In this document: positions 40,086 to 55,378 of the stretch, one piece after another
Layout: each line of letters begins with the position of its first letter
Position numbering within the stretch: position 1 is the stretch's first letter
Source: Octopus sinensis
Lineage: Eukaryota
DNA: 64,000 nucleotides
Assembly: GCF_006345805.1 (NCBI RefSeq)
Contig: NC_043004.1
Location: 14,880,001-14,944,000 of the forward strand
Reading direction: 5' to 3'
Translations under genes and position numbers: made by a program
The notes under the pieces: generated by a model
Told to the model about the DNA's origin: nothing
What the model saw: only the letters and a program-made list of their open reading frames with translations
Databases searched by the model: none

Positions 40086-40728
40086 CCGAAATTGCTATGA
40101 TGATTCGGTGTCTGACTGAAGATTGAAGGCTTCGAATGATTTGTCTGTGTTCCGTGTTCGTCCCTTCCTGTATTTCACGTTCATTATATATAAACACATT
40201 CATTCTTTTATATATATATATATATATATATACATATCTCATTTATAATCGATATTTCACCACAGATGAAAACGCCATCGGTATAACAATTATTAAAGGG
40301 AAGCCAAAATAAAAGTGTAGAAATTTACTAACATATAATGTATGAAGTAACCAATAATTAATCTAAATCATTAATACATGTATATTTGAGTGAAAATTTT
40401 AATTAAGATAATATCAGTGGAATAAAAAGAAAAAACAGGAATACTAACTTTTGATTATGCATAAGTAAAATATGTTCGAATAATATATATCGTTATATTC
40501 CCTGCAATTTACTGCTGATACGTATTTTCTGATATATTATTCGATAAAATATAATGAACGTAAAAACGGAACTCGATCACTTATTCCTGTTTTAGGAAAA
40601 TTGATATTTGATTTAACAATTACAAAAAGAATGCATTTAGATTCTTTTTTTCAGCAACAATGGAGGATTGTAATACACAAATATGCAAATATAACTGTAT
40701 GTATATGTGTGTGTGTATACATGCGGGC

Positions 40729-40826
<98 letters not shown>

Positions 40827-40847
40827 GTGTATGTATACATGCATGCA

Positions 40848-40886
<39 letters not shown>

Positions 40887-40962
40887 ATAAATATTAGGGA
40901 ATAAATCCAAATTTACAGGGAAAATCAGAATTAGGATTGAATCCATTTTATAGTAAAATATT

Positions 40963-41142
40963 ATATAATATTAATTATAGAGAAAACCACTATTTTGTAA
41001 ATCAAACAAAGAAAGACTTAATCCAATACATAAAAAAATTTTTATATAAATTAAAATTTTATTTAATTTATATTAAAATTTTTTTATGTATTGGATTAAG
41101 TCTATCTTTGTTTGATTTACAAAATAGTGGTTTTGTCTCTAA

Positions 41143-41154
<12 letters not shown>
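40963..41154. repeat. Fold-back inverted repeat with arms of about 90 bp
   Basis: aaaaccactattttgtaaatcaaacaaag...atacataaaaaaattt is mirrored by aaatttttttatgtat...ctttgtttgatttacaaaatagtggtttt with few mismatches; similar to the tail at ~17850-17925. Confidence 0.9.
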
Positions 41155-41185
<31 letters not shown>

Positions 41186-41993
41186 CAGAGGGAGACAGAC
41201 ATGTGTGAGTTTGCTTTATTTGACTACGGTTATCTTTCAGTCTGAGCTTCAACCCAAACTGTAGGATAAAACTATATTTGTAGAAATTTCGGTTTCATTT
41301 GGTTAATTATTTACCGAACTAATATGTTACAAGAATGTAAACAAACTAACAGCGGTTGTGAATTAGTGCCAATTAAATATAAACAGAAAGGAGCACACGC
41401 TCACTCAAACATGTATAAGAGACATTTCCACAGGTTTTGTTTACTAAATGCACTCACTGGACTGCTAGACACTATTGAATAATCACTTGTTCAAGGTTCC
41501 TTGCAAACAGACAGAACCTGAACCTTTGCAGTGCTCCATCCTATAGTTATCTCCACACCGATTATCTTTTCTGACGGTGCTTATTTTCATCTACAACGTG
41601 ATTATATAAATAACAAAAGAATGTCTTCTGATTCATCATTTAATATATAATAATATACGTAATCGGTTCTTTTACACTACATCCCTGATGTCAATGCTGC
41701 TTTATTTTAGCGTCTATATTATTTCACAGGGATTCCTATTCCTGTCTAATTTGCTTCTTTCTCTTTACTACTTCATTAATAATTTCTCGGAAATACTTTA
41801 TTTTACTAGTATTAGAAATATTTCCGCTTGTTTAAATGTTAAAGATTCATTCTAACCATATAGGGGGAGTAAATATATAGTAATTATTAATATTGTTTGG
41901 CATTACAGAATATCAGTTCTTTTCTGCCCTATTCTATCAACTAAGATTGCATTTCCGCTACGCTGTGTCGGTTATTGTATTATTTACATATAG

Positions 41994-42365
41994 TGGGGCA
42001 AAATGGTCCAGTGGTTAGGGCAGCAGACTTGCGATTTCGATTCCCAGACTGGGCGATGTGAGGATTTATTGAGCGAAAACGTCTAATGCTCCACGAATCT
42101 CAGGCAGGGAGTGGTGGCGAACCCTGCTGTACTCTTTCACCGCGACTTTATCTCTCTCTCTCTCTTTCTTTCTTCCTGTTTCTGTTGTACCTATATTTCA
42201 AAGACCAGCCTTGTCACACTTTGTGTCACGCTGAATCTGCCCGAGAACTACGTTAAAGGGACACGTTTCTGTGGAGTGCTCAGCCACTTGCACATTAATT
42301 TCACGAGCAGGCTGTTCCGATGATCGGATCATTTGGAACCCTCGTCGTCATAACCGGCGAAATGC
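41994..42365 (+). mobile_element. tRNA-derived SINE
   Basis: tggtccagtggttagggc...ttcgattcc head; body homologous to the reverse-orientation copy at ~31555-31760. Confidence 0.75.
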
Positions 42366-44884
42366 CACAATGATTTATATATAAATATATCTGAATATGC
42401 TGAGTAGTTCTCTCTTATGTACTTAAATTTTTCAATGTTTCTATATGTAAATGCATATAATTAAAAATTAATACAATCGCTTAAACTCGTTTCATAATTA
42501 AATATTAAAACGGTTAATACAGTCAATCGGCAGAGGAAATGCTCGTTGGATAACAAACTGATTTATTATATTTATACTCACACAGTATTAAATATGTTTC
42601 AAAAACCATGACCAACAAACACATAGACGTAGATACACATATTGGTTTATGTATATCTTAATGCTTTTGATCGCATCTCTTCGTGTGCATAAGTATATAC
42701 GTGTATGTTTGTTTGAGGTAGTGGGATATAAATCTGAAAGGTTTTGTAAAATAAATTATTCATGTTTATTTTGCTTGATATGAGATACTACACCTGTGAT
42801 AATTACATAAAAATATAAAGTGAGTATTGGACTGATTATGATATATCAACCAAGTGGTATAAATTTGATAATTGTGTGAGAAATTGTGCTTATGCTTTCT
42901 TTGTATGTTCAATATTCGGTACTTTATCATATATGTATTTTTGAAGGAAACACACTAACGCAGACATACATGTGCACGACCACAGAAACACATGGACACA
43001 CAGATGCTTATTGATATTATGGTACAGTATTGAATGATTGAGAATCCGATAATTAAAGATAATTAAGCGATTATAACACACAATCAACAGCAAAAAAGTG
43101 TTGCAAAATATTAATTTAACACTCCCAACCTACACTGAGTGTAAAGCTTTACTTTACACCATATATCAGTTCAGATAGCAACTGTTCTCCCTTTCCGTTG
43201 CATTTGAAGTGTATTAACAAAGTTATTGAATCATGATTCAATAATTTATTCAAACAATGTAACATGTGGTTTTCTTCTTTACTCACGCACACACACATGC
43301 ACACATATAGATACATATATAAATCGGGCAGATGTAAATGGTAATGGAAATGAACGAAAGTGAATCAGATGAAACAGGAAAAGGTAATGGTTGATTTAAT
43401 TCTGTCAGCTAAAACTAAAACGACTGCAGCTACAAGTTGCCACACATACTGCTAGTTTGTTACGTAAGTTAGCCATTTTAATAAAAGAACATGCTACAAT
43501 AAATATTTTAAAAGCTAGCTGGTGGGACACGACTTTCAATCAATTATCAGAGCACTCCTGTAAAGATCACGTTGAATAAAATAGGACATTCTCGGGAAAG
43601 TTAAGATAAATATGCATATGAATCTAATGACAAATAATTTAGGGCCATGCTTTCGACCCAGAAGCTTAGACACTTGTGTTGGTTATCGCAAAACAGAAAC
43701 TCACCTCTCACACGTCAGTCCCTTTCTCGCAGATATGTGCACATCTATGAAAATACGTACGCAAGTCATTCAGCCGCAATTCATGTGTATGTACATCAAT
43801 GTACGCACATCATGTACGTACATAAGTGTTTGCAATGTACAGGGAAGAAATAATTATATATAAATTCGTTCATATAACATCATGTGAAGTTATATACAGA
43901 AGAGTGCAGTCTCATGAAGGTAAATTTGCGGGTAATACACGTTTACAATAACATAAACGGCAAAGGAGCTTTTCTTGCTGAAGTAGACGCGTATTAACGG
44001 AATGGAATGAACACGAAATTGCGTCACGGATTGACCGAGAATGTACCGAGGAAAAATGCAGAGCTGACAAAAACTGTCACAATTGCAAAAATTATCACAA
44101 TAATCAGTGCAAACACTACAGACAATGTAGATTTAAAATATCTCGTGGCTACAAATTGATGAATGCTTACACTATCGTTATATATATATATATATATATA
44201 TGTATATTTGCAACGACAAAATTCAGTACGATTGTTGCGCGTATCTCGCAGTGATATAGGAAGATATAACCATTTCTACCAAAAACGAATATACAAGATT
44301 AGTTGTTGCAGACAAGTATTGGCTGACATATATAGATAACGAAAACGTATCCTAACAGTGAAACTGAATGGTTCCACATATACATAGAGTTTCAGTATAA
44401 AACTTTATAATTTATCATTGAAAATTTCAGCTACCTGATACAAGAACGAATGTCAACCTGGACGGGAATGTATGTAACGAATTTCCTGCTAAACAATTCA
44501 GTTTAGCAAAAGGAAGAACGTGACAAAAGAAAAATAAATAATGTAATAGCATGATGATGGATATGGGTGCACAGTTACAAAGAACAATCGCATTTAGTGA
44601 ATATAATTAGCGTTCGCAACTCACCAAATGAGTAAATCGCTTCTATAGATGTTGTATAAAAATTGACCTCTAATGCTTGGTAGCGATTGTGAATCTTCTT
44701 ACCTCATTCGCAACAACATATTACGCGAGGTTTGCGCATACTAATTGAAATATAATCATGTCTCCAAGTTAGTAAGATATTAATCCTTGGAAGCATGGTT
44801 ATAAAAATGGTTGAATGTCGAAATAGGTGTAGCAGCGTATCTGAGAAGTCTAATTACACATGATGTGATTTGGGAGAGATTGCC

Positions 44885-44918
<34 letters not shown>

Positions 44919-45096
44919 AATGTGAAATAGAAAGATGAATAATCTTGTTGTAGATTAATCAAAGTAGAATGAAATAAAACGATTTCTGTTCAATCTGCGT
45001 TCAGCTCCATTTCTTCAATTCACCAATAATGTTTTTATATATATATATAATTATATATATATATATGCTTAGTATTGTCATATATATATATATATA

Positions 45097-45101
<5 letters not shown>

Positions 45102-45180
<79 letters not shown>
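45102..45180. repeat. (TG)n microsatellite
   Basis: Direct reading. Confidence 0.97.
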
Positions 45181-45182
<2 letters not shown>

Positions 45183-45931
45183 ATGTTTATATATTTCAAT
45201 ACGGAACAAATTATTCACGAGAAAAATAATTTGCAAAGATATCATTGACTCATTGTCTAGTGAAACAATTTAAAAATGTTAATAACAGAATCAATAATAT
45301 AGGCGATTGCAGGCCCCAAACAGCATTTAACGGCTGAAGGATTAAAATTAATCAAAGGATATACGAAGTATGTCAACCAGCTGGAAATGACAGTCGAAAC
45401 TCAAATCGCATACATACATTGATAATAACTATAGTTGATTACTGTGCTTATTATCAGTGAGTTTTGGCGATTAAAGTAAGATTGTTGATTGTTATTTCCA
45501 GAAGGAACATACTGAGTTTGTCCTTTCATTAATTATATACTATATAATATATATATAATATATATATATATTATATATATATATATATGTACACACAGTG
45601 TATGCATATATGTATGTATTACATATATGTACGTGGGTGAGGACGTATGGTAGCTTCTAAATATATATATGAACAACACACTGATATATATATCAATACT
45701 AATATTTGCGCATAGATGTTTGTCCTGTTAGGCTATCTTACGTATCTACACTGTCTATTTCGTGAAAGTTAAATGTTTGATTCTCTTTATTTTGTACGTG
45801 TAAGCTTTGCATTCACGAATACGCGCAAATATGTTTTTTACATAAGTATATATATATATATTATATATATATTATATATATATATACAGAAATGCACGCA
45901 TATACATATACCCCCATATATATATGTAGAC

Positions 45932-45967
<36 letters not shown>

Positions 45968-46774
45968 GTATATAGGCATTCTTGTATGAATGCATATATA
46001 TATATAAATTTGAATCTAACAGTGTTGCTAACATAATAGTTGCTTCGAAATTTATATTCAGATGAATGAATGAATATGAACTCAAAAGAAGGCAGGAACA
46101 AAGTTGTATATATTTGAGCATGGGTATGATTGTTTGTGTGAAGAGAGATGTATAATGGTTCAAGTATTCATAGCAAATCATATGAAATTTGAATGGTTTG
46201 TTTCAGTTTAGTGTACATGAAATTCAATACTATTTAATCATATTATGTCACACAAATTTTCCAAACACATAAGGTTATGCAAGGTAAATGATAATGAAGT
46301 AACTCAATGAATTGAATAATTCCAAAATGACAACAAATTAATTGGCTAATGTTAAATCCGTTAATGAACATACAGGTATAACATATATATTTATTTAAAT
46401 ATATTGCTATGTATATACAACAAATGAGAAAGAGTGAGAGGGAATAAGAGATGATGATATATATATACAGTTATATACATATGCATCTACATATATATTT
46501 TCATATGTATACACATATACGCGCATATGTATACATATACACATACTATATATATGCATACGCTTATATATATACATATATGTGCATACATATAGATAGA
46601 CAGAGAGAGAGATTGAGTGAGAGAGGCAGGGAATGAAGGATAATTGCAGAGATTGCCTTTATAATGTACCTCCATATAATATATATATATATATATATAT
46701 ATAGATATATATATATATTATATGTATATATATCTGTATATATATATATATAATATATATATATATATGTATAA

Positions 46775-46821
<47 letters not shown>

Positions 46822-46827
46822 TACATA

Positions 46828-46861
<34 letters not shown>

Positions 46862-47227
46862 CATATATATATATAAATACATATATACATATATATATAT
46901 ATGTGATATTATATACATATATATGTATATATATATATGTTAATATATATATATATATATATATATATACTTATATATATACGATATATGCAGGTGTATA
47001 TATAAAAGTACATCATAAAAGAAGTCTATATATATATGTATATATCAAGGTTCATCATAAAAGTAATCTTTGTATTTATCCTTCACTCCCTGCCTATCTG
47101 TGTCTAAGTCTATATATATGCACATATATGTATATCCATGGATATGCTTATATGTATATATCCATGTGCATGCATATGCGTTGATCACCAGTCACATTTC
47201 ACACGCGTATATATACATATGTGTGTT

Positions 47228-47261
<34 letters not shown>

Positions 47262-47346
47262 CATGTACATATATACATATACTGACCGATATAAATATAT
47301 ACATATACATGCGTATACATATATATATATATACATATAAATAATA

Positions 47347-47384
<38 letters not shown>

Positions 47385-47748
47385 TAGATAGATAGATACA
47401 TACATAAATATTTACATACATACATACATATGCATACATATACACATATTGCATCAAACATGTAAAGTAAATACTAATTTCATAAATACAACTGTTACAT
47501 ACTAACCATAACATATTTTCTTGTTAGGGGTAACATTTTACAGAAAGCAAATGCAAAACAGAGAATCTTTTATATTGCAGCAATTGCATTATAACGTTAA
47601 TTTCTTTAAAATACATTGCAAAATAATTTTTATATAAATCAATACAGACAACGTTTTATCAGTTTAACAACAGCGTGTTGCAAATAAGCATGTGTGGGTT
47701 CCGAATTTGTTGTGAGACACAAGCAACACGTACATACAAAATGGGTAG

Positions 47749-47782
<34 letters not shown>

Positions 47783-48190
47783 TATATTATATTCTAATAT
47801 ATAAATATACATACTATATTACATACATATATACATATATATGCATATATATATATATACATATATATCTTAATTTATATATATATAAATACATACTTAT
47901 GTAGCCATACAGTGGTACAATATAGAACATTTTAAAAACGTGTAGATACAATAATTTGAACACTGAAAGGCGGCAATACGATCAACATCGAGTGTGAACG
48001 GAACATATAATGCATGAAGTTTGCATCCATTAATACAAGAAAAGCATTCAAGGAGATAGATATTATATACAGTGTTAATAAACCGCACTTTTTTCACTTC
48101 TTGAGGTAAAGGCACCTGAACTGGAACGATGATAAAATATGACTAATTTTATACACATACATACACATAGACAGACGTGTATATATATAC

Positions 48191-48224
<34 letters not shown>

Positions 48225-48295
48225 GACTTTATTCTAACTCGTTCTACTCTAACTCGTCCACAGTTCATGTTTCATAATCTGTGTAGGTTTCTTAC

Positions 48296-48334
48296 TGCAG
48301 CCGTCATCATTTAGAACGGAGATCACCCTGAATA
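48296..48334 (-). CDS. Candidate 39-nt phase 1-1 micro-exon
   Basis: Polypyrimidine tract and ttctttag| acceptor, CA|gtaaga donor, open in host frame (FRVISVLNDDGC). No homology support. Confidence 0.18.
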
Positions 48335-48566
48335 CTAAAGAAGAAAAAAATTCAAAATGATGATATGAACTTGCTGCTATGCATGTGTTCAAACTCCTGG
48401 GTTTGTATGTTTAGCTTTGGTTCTCTCTGTTTTGTTTACTTTCGGTGTAATGAACGTTTTAAAATCGGACAAACATTTACAAACGGATTTGCGGTATCTT
48501 TATACATGATAAATCAAAGCCTTATAAAAATCATTAGCGTCTCTCTAGACTGATATTAAAGTAGCT

Positions 48567-48803
<237 letters not shown>

Positions 48804-49239
48804 TTATTGAGTTGAGAGTGTCTGTTTGTCAATTTGGAATATTCAAGGTTATAAGCGAAATGTTGAAATTTCAAAAAAGTGGGAATATTAGTTTTGCAAA
48901 TATGAAAATTTTGATTATACATCATTGCCTGTCAGAAGAATTCATCCCGTCAAGTCGTTCTGTATATTGCCGTCTAGGATAATAATTTTCGCTAAATATT
49001 AGCATCTATTGAAACATTTCAGTCTTAGAGCTGCTATAGAAAATTCCGTGATGTAAGATGCCTCACATCTTAGTAAATTATGTAGTCAGTAGATTTTTAT
49101 ATAAAGATTGCGTTATTGAAATCTGTTCCATTTGATATTACATGCATTATGTTCTTTCAATGTCACGTTAAATTGGATATAAAGATTCCTTTCTGGTACT
49201 AATACTGTTTCTGTCGTTACTGATTGTTTTTTGTTTTTT

Positions 49240-49440
49240 AATAAGCTCTCTGGCCATTTGTGTTGCCCCTGCCGAAATAAACATTTGACGTGAGATTCGG
49301 ATGTTATGTCGTTGCTGGTCATCTCTTCCTCGGGAAACCATATCAGAGTGAAGTCACCTCGTTTGGCAGTTCCGGTAGCCGTAGCAAACGATTCTCCTCT
49401 GTCAGCGATATGATGTGGAATATATCTAGGCATCACGAAT
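49240..49440 (-). mobile_element. Possible mariner transposase N-terminal (HTH) remnant
   Basis: TLIWFPEEEMTSNDI...KCLFRQGQHKWPESL loosely resembles mariner VIxFLxxEGMxxxDI...CLSRxxVxKW. No TIR or DDD domain seen. Confidence 0.3.
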
Positions 49441-49614
49441 GCTTACGAAAGATCTTCTCAAGTTAAATATCGCAGCATTCTCTGTTCCATACAATGTGGT
49501 TTTATATTGTGAGAGATAAATAAAATTTGTCAATTATATTAGAAAGTATTCAACAAATTAATTATTATCAATTTGTACCCTGATAGGCTCACTCCACGCG
49601 TCTTTATCTTTAGA

Positions 49615-49645
<31 letters not shown>

Positions 49646-49666
49646 TATATATATAATATATATATA

Positions 49667-49709
<43 letters not shown>

Positions 49710-49769
49710 ATATAAAATTTAGAGAAAAAAAACCTGTATTAATAATTCATTGACGAAAAATTAAGGAGA

Positions 49770-49925
49770 AGCTGTGTGGTTAAGTAGCTTGCTTACCAAC
49801 CACATGGTTCTGGGTTCAGTCCCACTGCGTGACACCTTGGGTAAGTGTCTCCTACTATAGCCTCGGGCCGACCAAAGCCTTATGAGTGGATTTGGTAGAC
49901 GGAAACTGAAAGAAGCCCGTCGTAA
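49770..49925 (+). mobile_element. SINE
   Basis: gctgtgtggttaagtagcttgc...ggttcagtcccactgcg...ggaaactgaaagaagcccgtcg; reverse copy at ~57495-57645; degenerate copies at ~22410-22570 and ~27250-27460. Confidence 0.75.
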
Positions 49926-51874
49926 ATATGTATGTATATATATATATATATGTGTGTGTGTATTGTTTCGACATTCCCGATGAAAACACTAATATTAACT
50001 GCAAAGAAACCATTCTTAACAATCGTGTATGAAACGCATGGACTCTATACAAAATTACTTCATGGGTTGACCGAGAATGGACCAAGAGAAAATGAACAGA
50101 TGCTACAAACTGTCACAAATGCCAAATTGTCGCATTGATTAATTTTTACTCCACTGATTAAGTGTATTTAAAATATCTTGCGGATGCGAGATTATGCATG
50201 TTTTCATAAACGTTATGCATATTTTTTCCTACAATAAAATTCACAATGCTGGTTGCGAGCATATTTCTCAATTATATTAGAAAATATTGTGAATATTGAT
50301 CAGCATTAATTTAATATGCTTCTTTGGGGATGTTAGGAATTTCTTTTCTGGTCTATTTTATTTGTGCTGGAAAAATTTTTTTAAAAATGAGGTGTACTTA
50401 TAGTGGATCTCATTTACTTTTTTATGCTCGTTTTTTATGCTTATAATTTATAGATTAATGTAATATAATTGACGATTTTGTACATAAAATAGAAGATAAA
50501 TTTCACTTAAATATTTCCTCATACAAATTTGTTAGTCAGCATATGAAATTGTCCCACACTACTCTTGTGTTGTTTATCTGCGTGTGACAATCTACAATGT
50601 GCAGTTTAGTTCATGCTAAATACTAACAGTTGCCAATAACAAAATTCATATTTTGAGCATTAAGTGAGGCAAAGTTGTAAATCTTTATATTCGTATGGGT
50701 AAGCTTAAATTATCTATGTATTTAAATTAAACGTGCTTCATAAATTGAGTGAATGATTAAATCTGATATTTCATCAGGATGGCTTTCCAATTTCACAAAA
50801 TCTTTAAAAGCGAATATAAACTAGAAAACTACCCTGAATTAGTAGAAGAATCACTTTCCAATATTCATAAACGTTTTTGTAACATGAAAATCAAAGGCCA
50901 TCTTCTCTTCAGCCACATACATGGGTAGTCAGAAACCCCTGATTGTTTCAGCGATCAACCAAGGAGTAAGTTTTAAGTAGCCTATTAAATAACAACGGAA
51001 GAACGGTAGCACGATCTATGCAAATCCAGATGAAATTAATATGCCACTAGTTCTATATACGCCTATTTTTATAAGTAGAATGATTTCGAAATTTTCGTCT
51101 ATATTAAGCGTTTACAAGTCAATACCTCGTCTTACTAAAGAGGTCAGCTGGCAGGAGCGTTAGCACAGCAGTCAAAATGCTTCGGAAAATTTCGTTCGTC
51201 TTTATATCCTCGTTCCTATTTTGCCAAGGCCGACTTGCATTTAATCCTTTCGAGATGATAATAAGTACCAGTTGAGCACTGGGGTCAATGTAATTTTAGG
51301 TATTGCGTCAATAGAAGAGAAGACTATGGTGTCTTACTTTTCGTGTTAGGAGTGCGATATTCTCATTTTTCATTTATTCTTAATGGTTTTCTTCAGATAA
51401 ATATTATTATATCGCTACTCTTGCTATGAATTCTGCAGAGATAAAATCATTGATTCTGCAGAGATAACCTCATTTGGTAAACACTCTTTTGATAGCATAA
51501 ATTTTCTCTTCACTTTCAAAAAAATAACTGATTACTAATTATTTACAACTTAGAGCACAAAGCTGTTGTTATTTCTAAGATTAACGTCTACTACAGGATG
51601 GACTATTAATTAATCTAATTGATACTGTACGAGATTACTGGTTGGATACGTTGACCAGTTGACATTTGCTGTGGTTTAACATTTAATTCATGAATTAAGA
51701 TTTTCAAACCTATGAAACCAACATTCCGCAATGTAATCTAAGACAGGAAATTAAACTCCTAAACTTTATACAGTATTTTCAAATGAGTCGCAATTATATG
51801 CATGTGTAGATAAATATATTTGGGTATATATGCTTAGCTACACACACACGCACACAAGCACACATACACACACA

Positions 51875-51938
<64 letters not shown>

Positions 51939-51962
51939 ATTATATACACATACTATATATGT

Positions 51963-51993
<31 letters not shown>

Positions 51994-52221
51994 CATGTGT
52001 GTGTGAGTGTACGTATATTTGTACATATGCATGTATGTGTGTTTGTATATATGCATCAATGCATGCATAATTTCATCCATAGAACTATGAGCCATAATCT
52101 ACTTATTACTCGATGTTGTACTTACGATAGCTGAAGGCGTAATGGAAGGGCAAACTTGCGAGCAGCCAATTCAAATAAACTTTTATTTATTCAGATATGT
52201 GTTGTATGTACCTATATGTAT

Positions 52222-52281
<60 letters not shown>

Positions 52282-52291
52282 TATATTTATA

Positions 52292-52329
<38 letters not shown>

Positions 52330-52801
52330 GTATACATATGTATATATATATATATATAATATATAATATATATATATATGTATGCATGTATGTATGTATG
52401 TATGTATGTATGTGTGTGTGAATGGAAGGCTTCCAATTACACTTATAGTGTTGTGCTCATTTATTTGCCTTTAGCGTATTTTTTAAAATTATTTCAAATT
52501 CGGTTTTATGTACATATATACAAAAATATATCTGCACCTACATATACATATGAATATGTGTAAAATTACACTTTTAGAATAGCACTAATCACCTCACTTA
52601 TGCCTTCAGCTAGCAAAGGTAAATTTGCAACAGCAAACAACAGTAAGCTACAAACATTCCCAATACCCGTTTGAACGCATGCTTAGGCGGAAGTTATCAT
52701 CATTCTGGTTTTTTCTCTCTTTTTCATCAGCAATCCAATGTTGGATTACAGTGACATTAACGGTTGGAAGAAAAGTTACAGTGCATGATGTATATATATA
52801 T

Positions 52802-52832
<31 letters not shown>

Positions 52833-53369
52833 AACACACACACACAAACGCACATACACACACATATATATATATGAATATATATATATATTGATGTATG
52901 TGTGTATGTATACATTGTTGAATTGTAAAAAAAGTAGACCCTTGTTCACGGGTTCTATCTAGGTTTCTAATTATTAAAGGGCTTATCAATTCTTTCTTCC
53001 ATTCAAACACAATCCAAATAAATAGAACTATAATTTTTGTCAATTTTTAACGTTGTTCTTGTTGACCGAAACAAACATTCTTCCAAGTTCATGAAAGTTA
53101 AGATGTTTTAACAATCTCTTCCAATTTCTAACTATAATGCACAAAATTCGTCAGAAGTTGAAATGGTAGTTTTTCAGAAATTTCATACTAAACACTCAAT
53201 TTCGAGATGACTTCTTTATGACTACATAGACGGCTTTTTATCTATTATTATATTAACATATTAACATTAGAAGTATACGCAGAGTAGAGAAACCAATCTG
53301 ATAATCAGTTAATAATAGCATCAGTGTATTAAGAGTTGTTGAAAAGAGCACTGAAATGCTTTTACTTAC

Positions 53370-53564
53370 GAGAACACGTCATATTGGGACCAACCCATAC
53401 GCCTCCGCCAACACACCAAGCCCGGAACACACTATCTCGTCTTGCTGAAAAACCCTTCTTGCAGCGATAATCCAACATGTGACCATTTGGGTAGCCCTTC
53501 AGGCTTTTATCACCATCATGTTCAGCATGATGTACGGTAGGAGGGTCTCCGCACTGGTTTTTTT
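53370..53564 (-). CDS. Internal exon encoding a complete sushi/CCP domain
   Basis: Acceptor ttgcag| and donor |gtaagt; 195 nt, phase 1-1, open: KNQCGDPPTVHHAEHDGDKSLKGYPNGHMLDYRCKKGFSARRDSVFRAWCVGGGVWVGPNMTCS. Four Cys, C-x-x-PP start, YxC-x-x-GF and W before the last Cys match CCP spacing. Absent from the ORF track. Confidence 0.9.
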
Positions 53565-54279
53565 CTGCAATATTTCAATTTTTAGTTGTAACGAAGGTGT
53601 AGAGAGCCTTGAGATAATCCATTTAGTTAAGAGACTGTGAAATATAACATTACCTGTGTTTGCCAGCGTATGAATTCTGTAACGATCAGTAAAACGGCAT
53701 ATTTCGTGTCCGAAGGCGTTTTTGCTTTACTTAAATCGTTCAACGGTTGTTGAAATAATTGACTACGTGCCTAATATACACAAATTTAACAAAGCTTACC
53801 AAGAACGCTTCACTTTGTTTCATTCAGGTATCATAAATCGTGTCTAATATTATTAGCAACTATGTGATTCACAAGTTCGAGATTACCTTCGCAATTACTT
53901 CCACTGAAGATTTTAGATATATATATATATACACTAACACACATATATATATGTGTGTGTGTGTATGTATATATATACATACATATAAACATGCATATAT
54001 ATATATACATATATGTGTATATATATATATTCACACACATGTGTATATATATATAAACACACACACCTGTATATATATAGATAGATATATGTACACATAC
54101 ATACATAATTTTCTACAACTATTTATATATAGCGACAATAATATTATTGTTTTCATGAATCATTGATTACATATATATATATATATATATAATATATATA
54201 CATAGATGAAAATGCATCGCGAAAACTAGTCTTCTATATACATATGTACAATTAGTTATATATATATATTATATATTAT

Positions 54280-54311
<32 letters not shown>

Positions 54312-54454
54312 ATATATATAATATATATTCAGAAAAAAATGTTTTTGTATAATATATATACATAGATTATAAATATATGTTGTACATATATATATGTGTA
54401 TATAAATATGTGTATATTATGTATATATGTATATATGTATATATATATTATTAT

Positions 54455-54502
<48 letters not shown>

Positions 54503-54808
54503 AATATTATATATACATGCGTTTTAAATTCTTCAAGCTAAATCTTGACAAGCTACAAAAATATAGAACAAAGTATTATTACCTATATTCACTAGTATTC
54601 GTTATAAGGCTGCATTAATTAGTTTTATAACTTGCATTGATTTGTCATTAAAAATTACTTAAAGTGTCTATGTATTAAACGTAACATATTATAATATATA
54701 ATATATATGTTTATTATATTTATTTTTTACCCAGTGTCTCTCAGTCTATCGATTTATCTATCATTTATGCATGTATGTGTATCTATCTGTGTTGTGTTTG
54801 TGTACATT

Positions 54809-54857
<49 letters not shown>

Positions 54858-54929
54858 TATATATATATTATAAATGTGTATATTACACACACACACAGAT
54901 ATATATATATATATATATAATATATATTA

Positions 54930-54960
<31 letters not shown>

Positions 54961-55337
54961 GTATACACATATGTACATACATATGCATAAATATATAGTG
55001 TAACTGAGCTGGGTTTCTACTAGGAGAGTTTATGTAATTTCAAGTCTCGTGTAGCCGAATCAAAATGTTTCAGAAAATAATAATACTATATATACATATA
55101 CATACCATATATATATATATACAAGTGAGTGGGCAGACAAAAGAAGGGAACTCAGCCAATTTATTGGGAGTTACATGTATGGATGAAAACAGTTTGTTTC
55201 AAATTCAGTGCTACTCTTCATTCTGTAGCGTGGTGCTAGTCGCCAGCCATTTTGTATTGGAAATTCAAAATGGCTGTCCATTAGCGTCATGCTTGAAACG
55301 GAAATGTATTGTTGAATTTGACTCAAATGTTTTGATC

Positions 55338-55378
<41 letters not shown>

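Noticed and set aside
40110-40150. CTGAAGATTGAAGGCTTCGAATGATTTGTC as an HHR
   Set aside because: No GAAA, implausible loop, stem I does not pair.
53370-53564. Merlin/ISXO2-like reading (KTSAETLLPYIM) of this segment
   Set aside because: That frame stops quickly; the alternative frame gives a full sushi domain with canonical splice sites.
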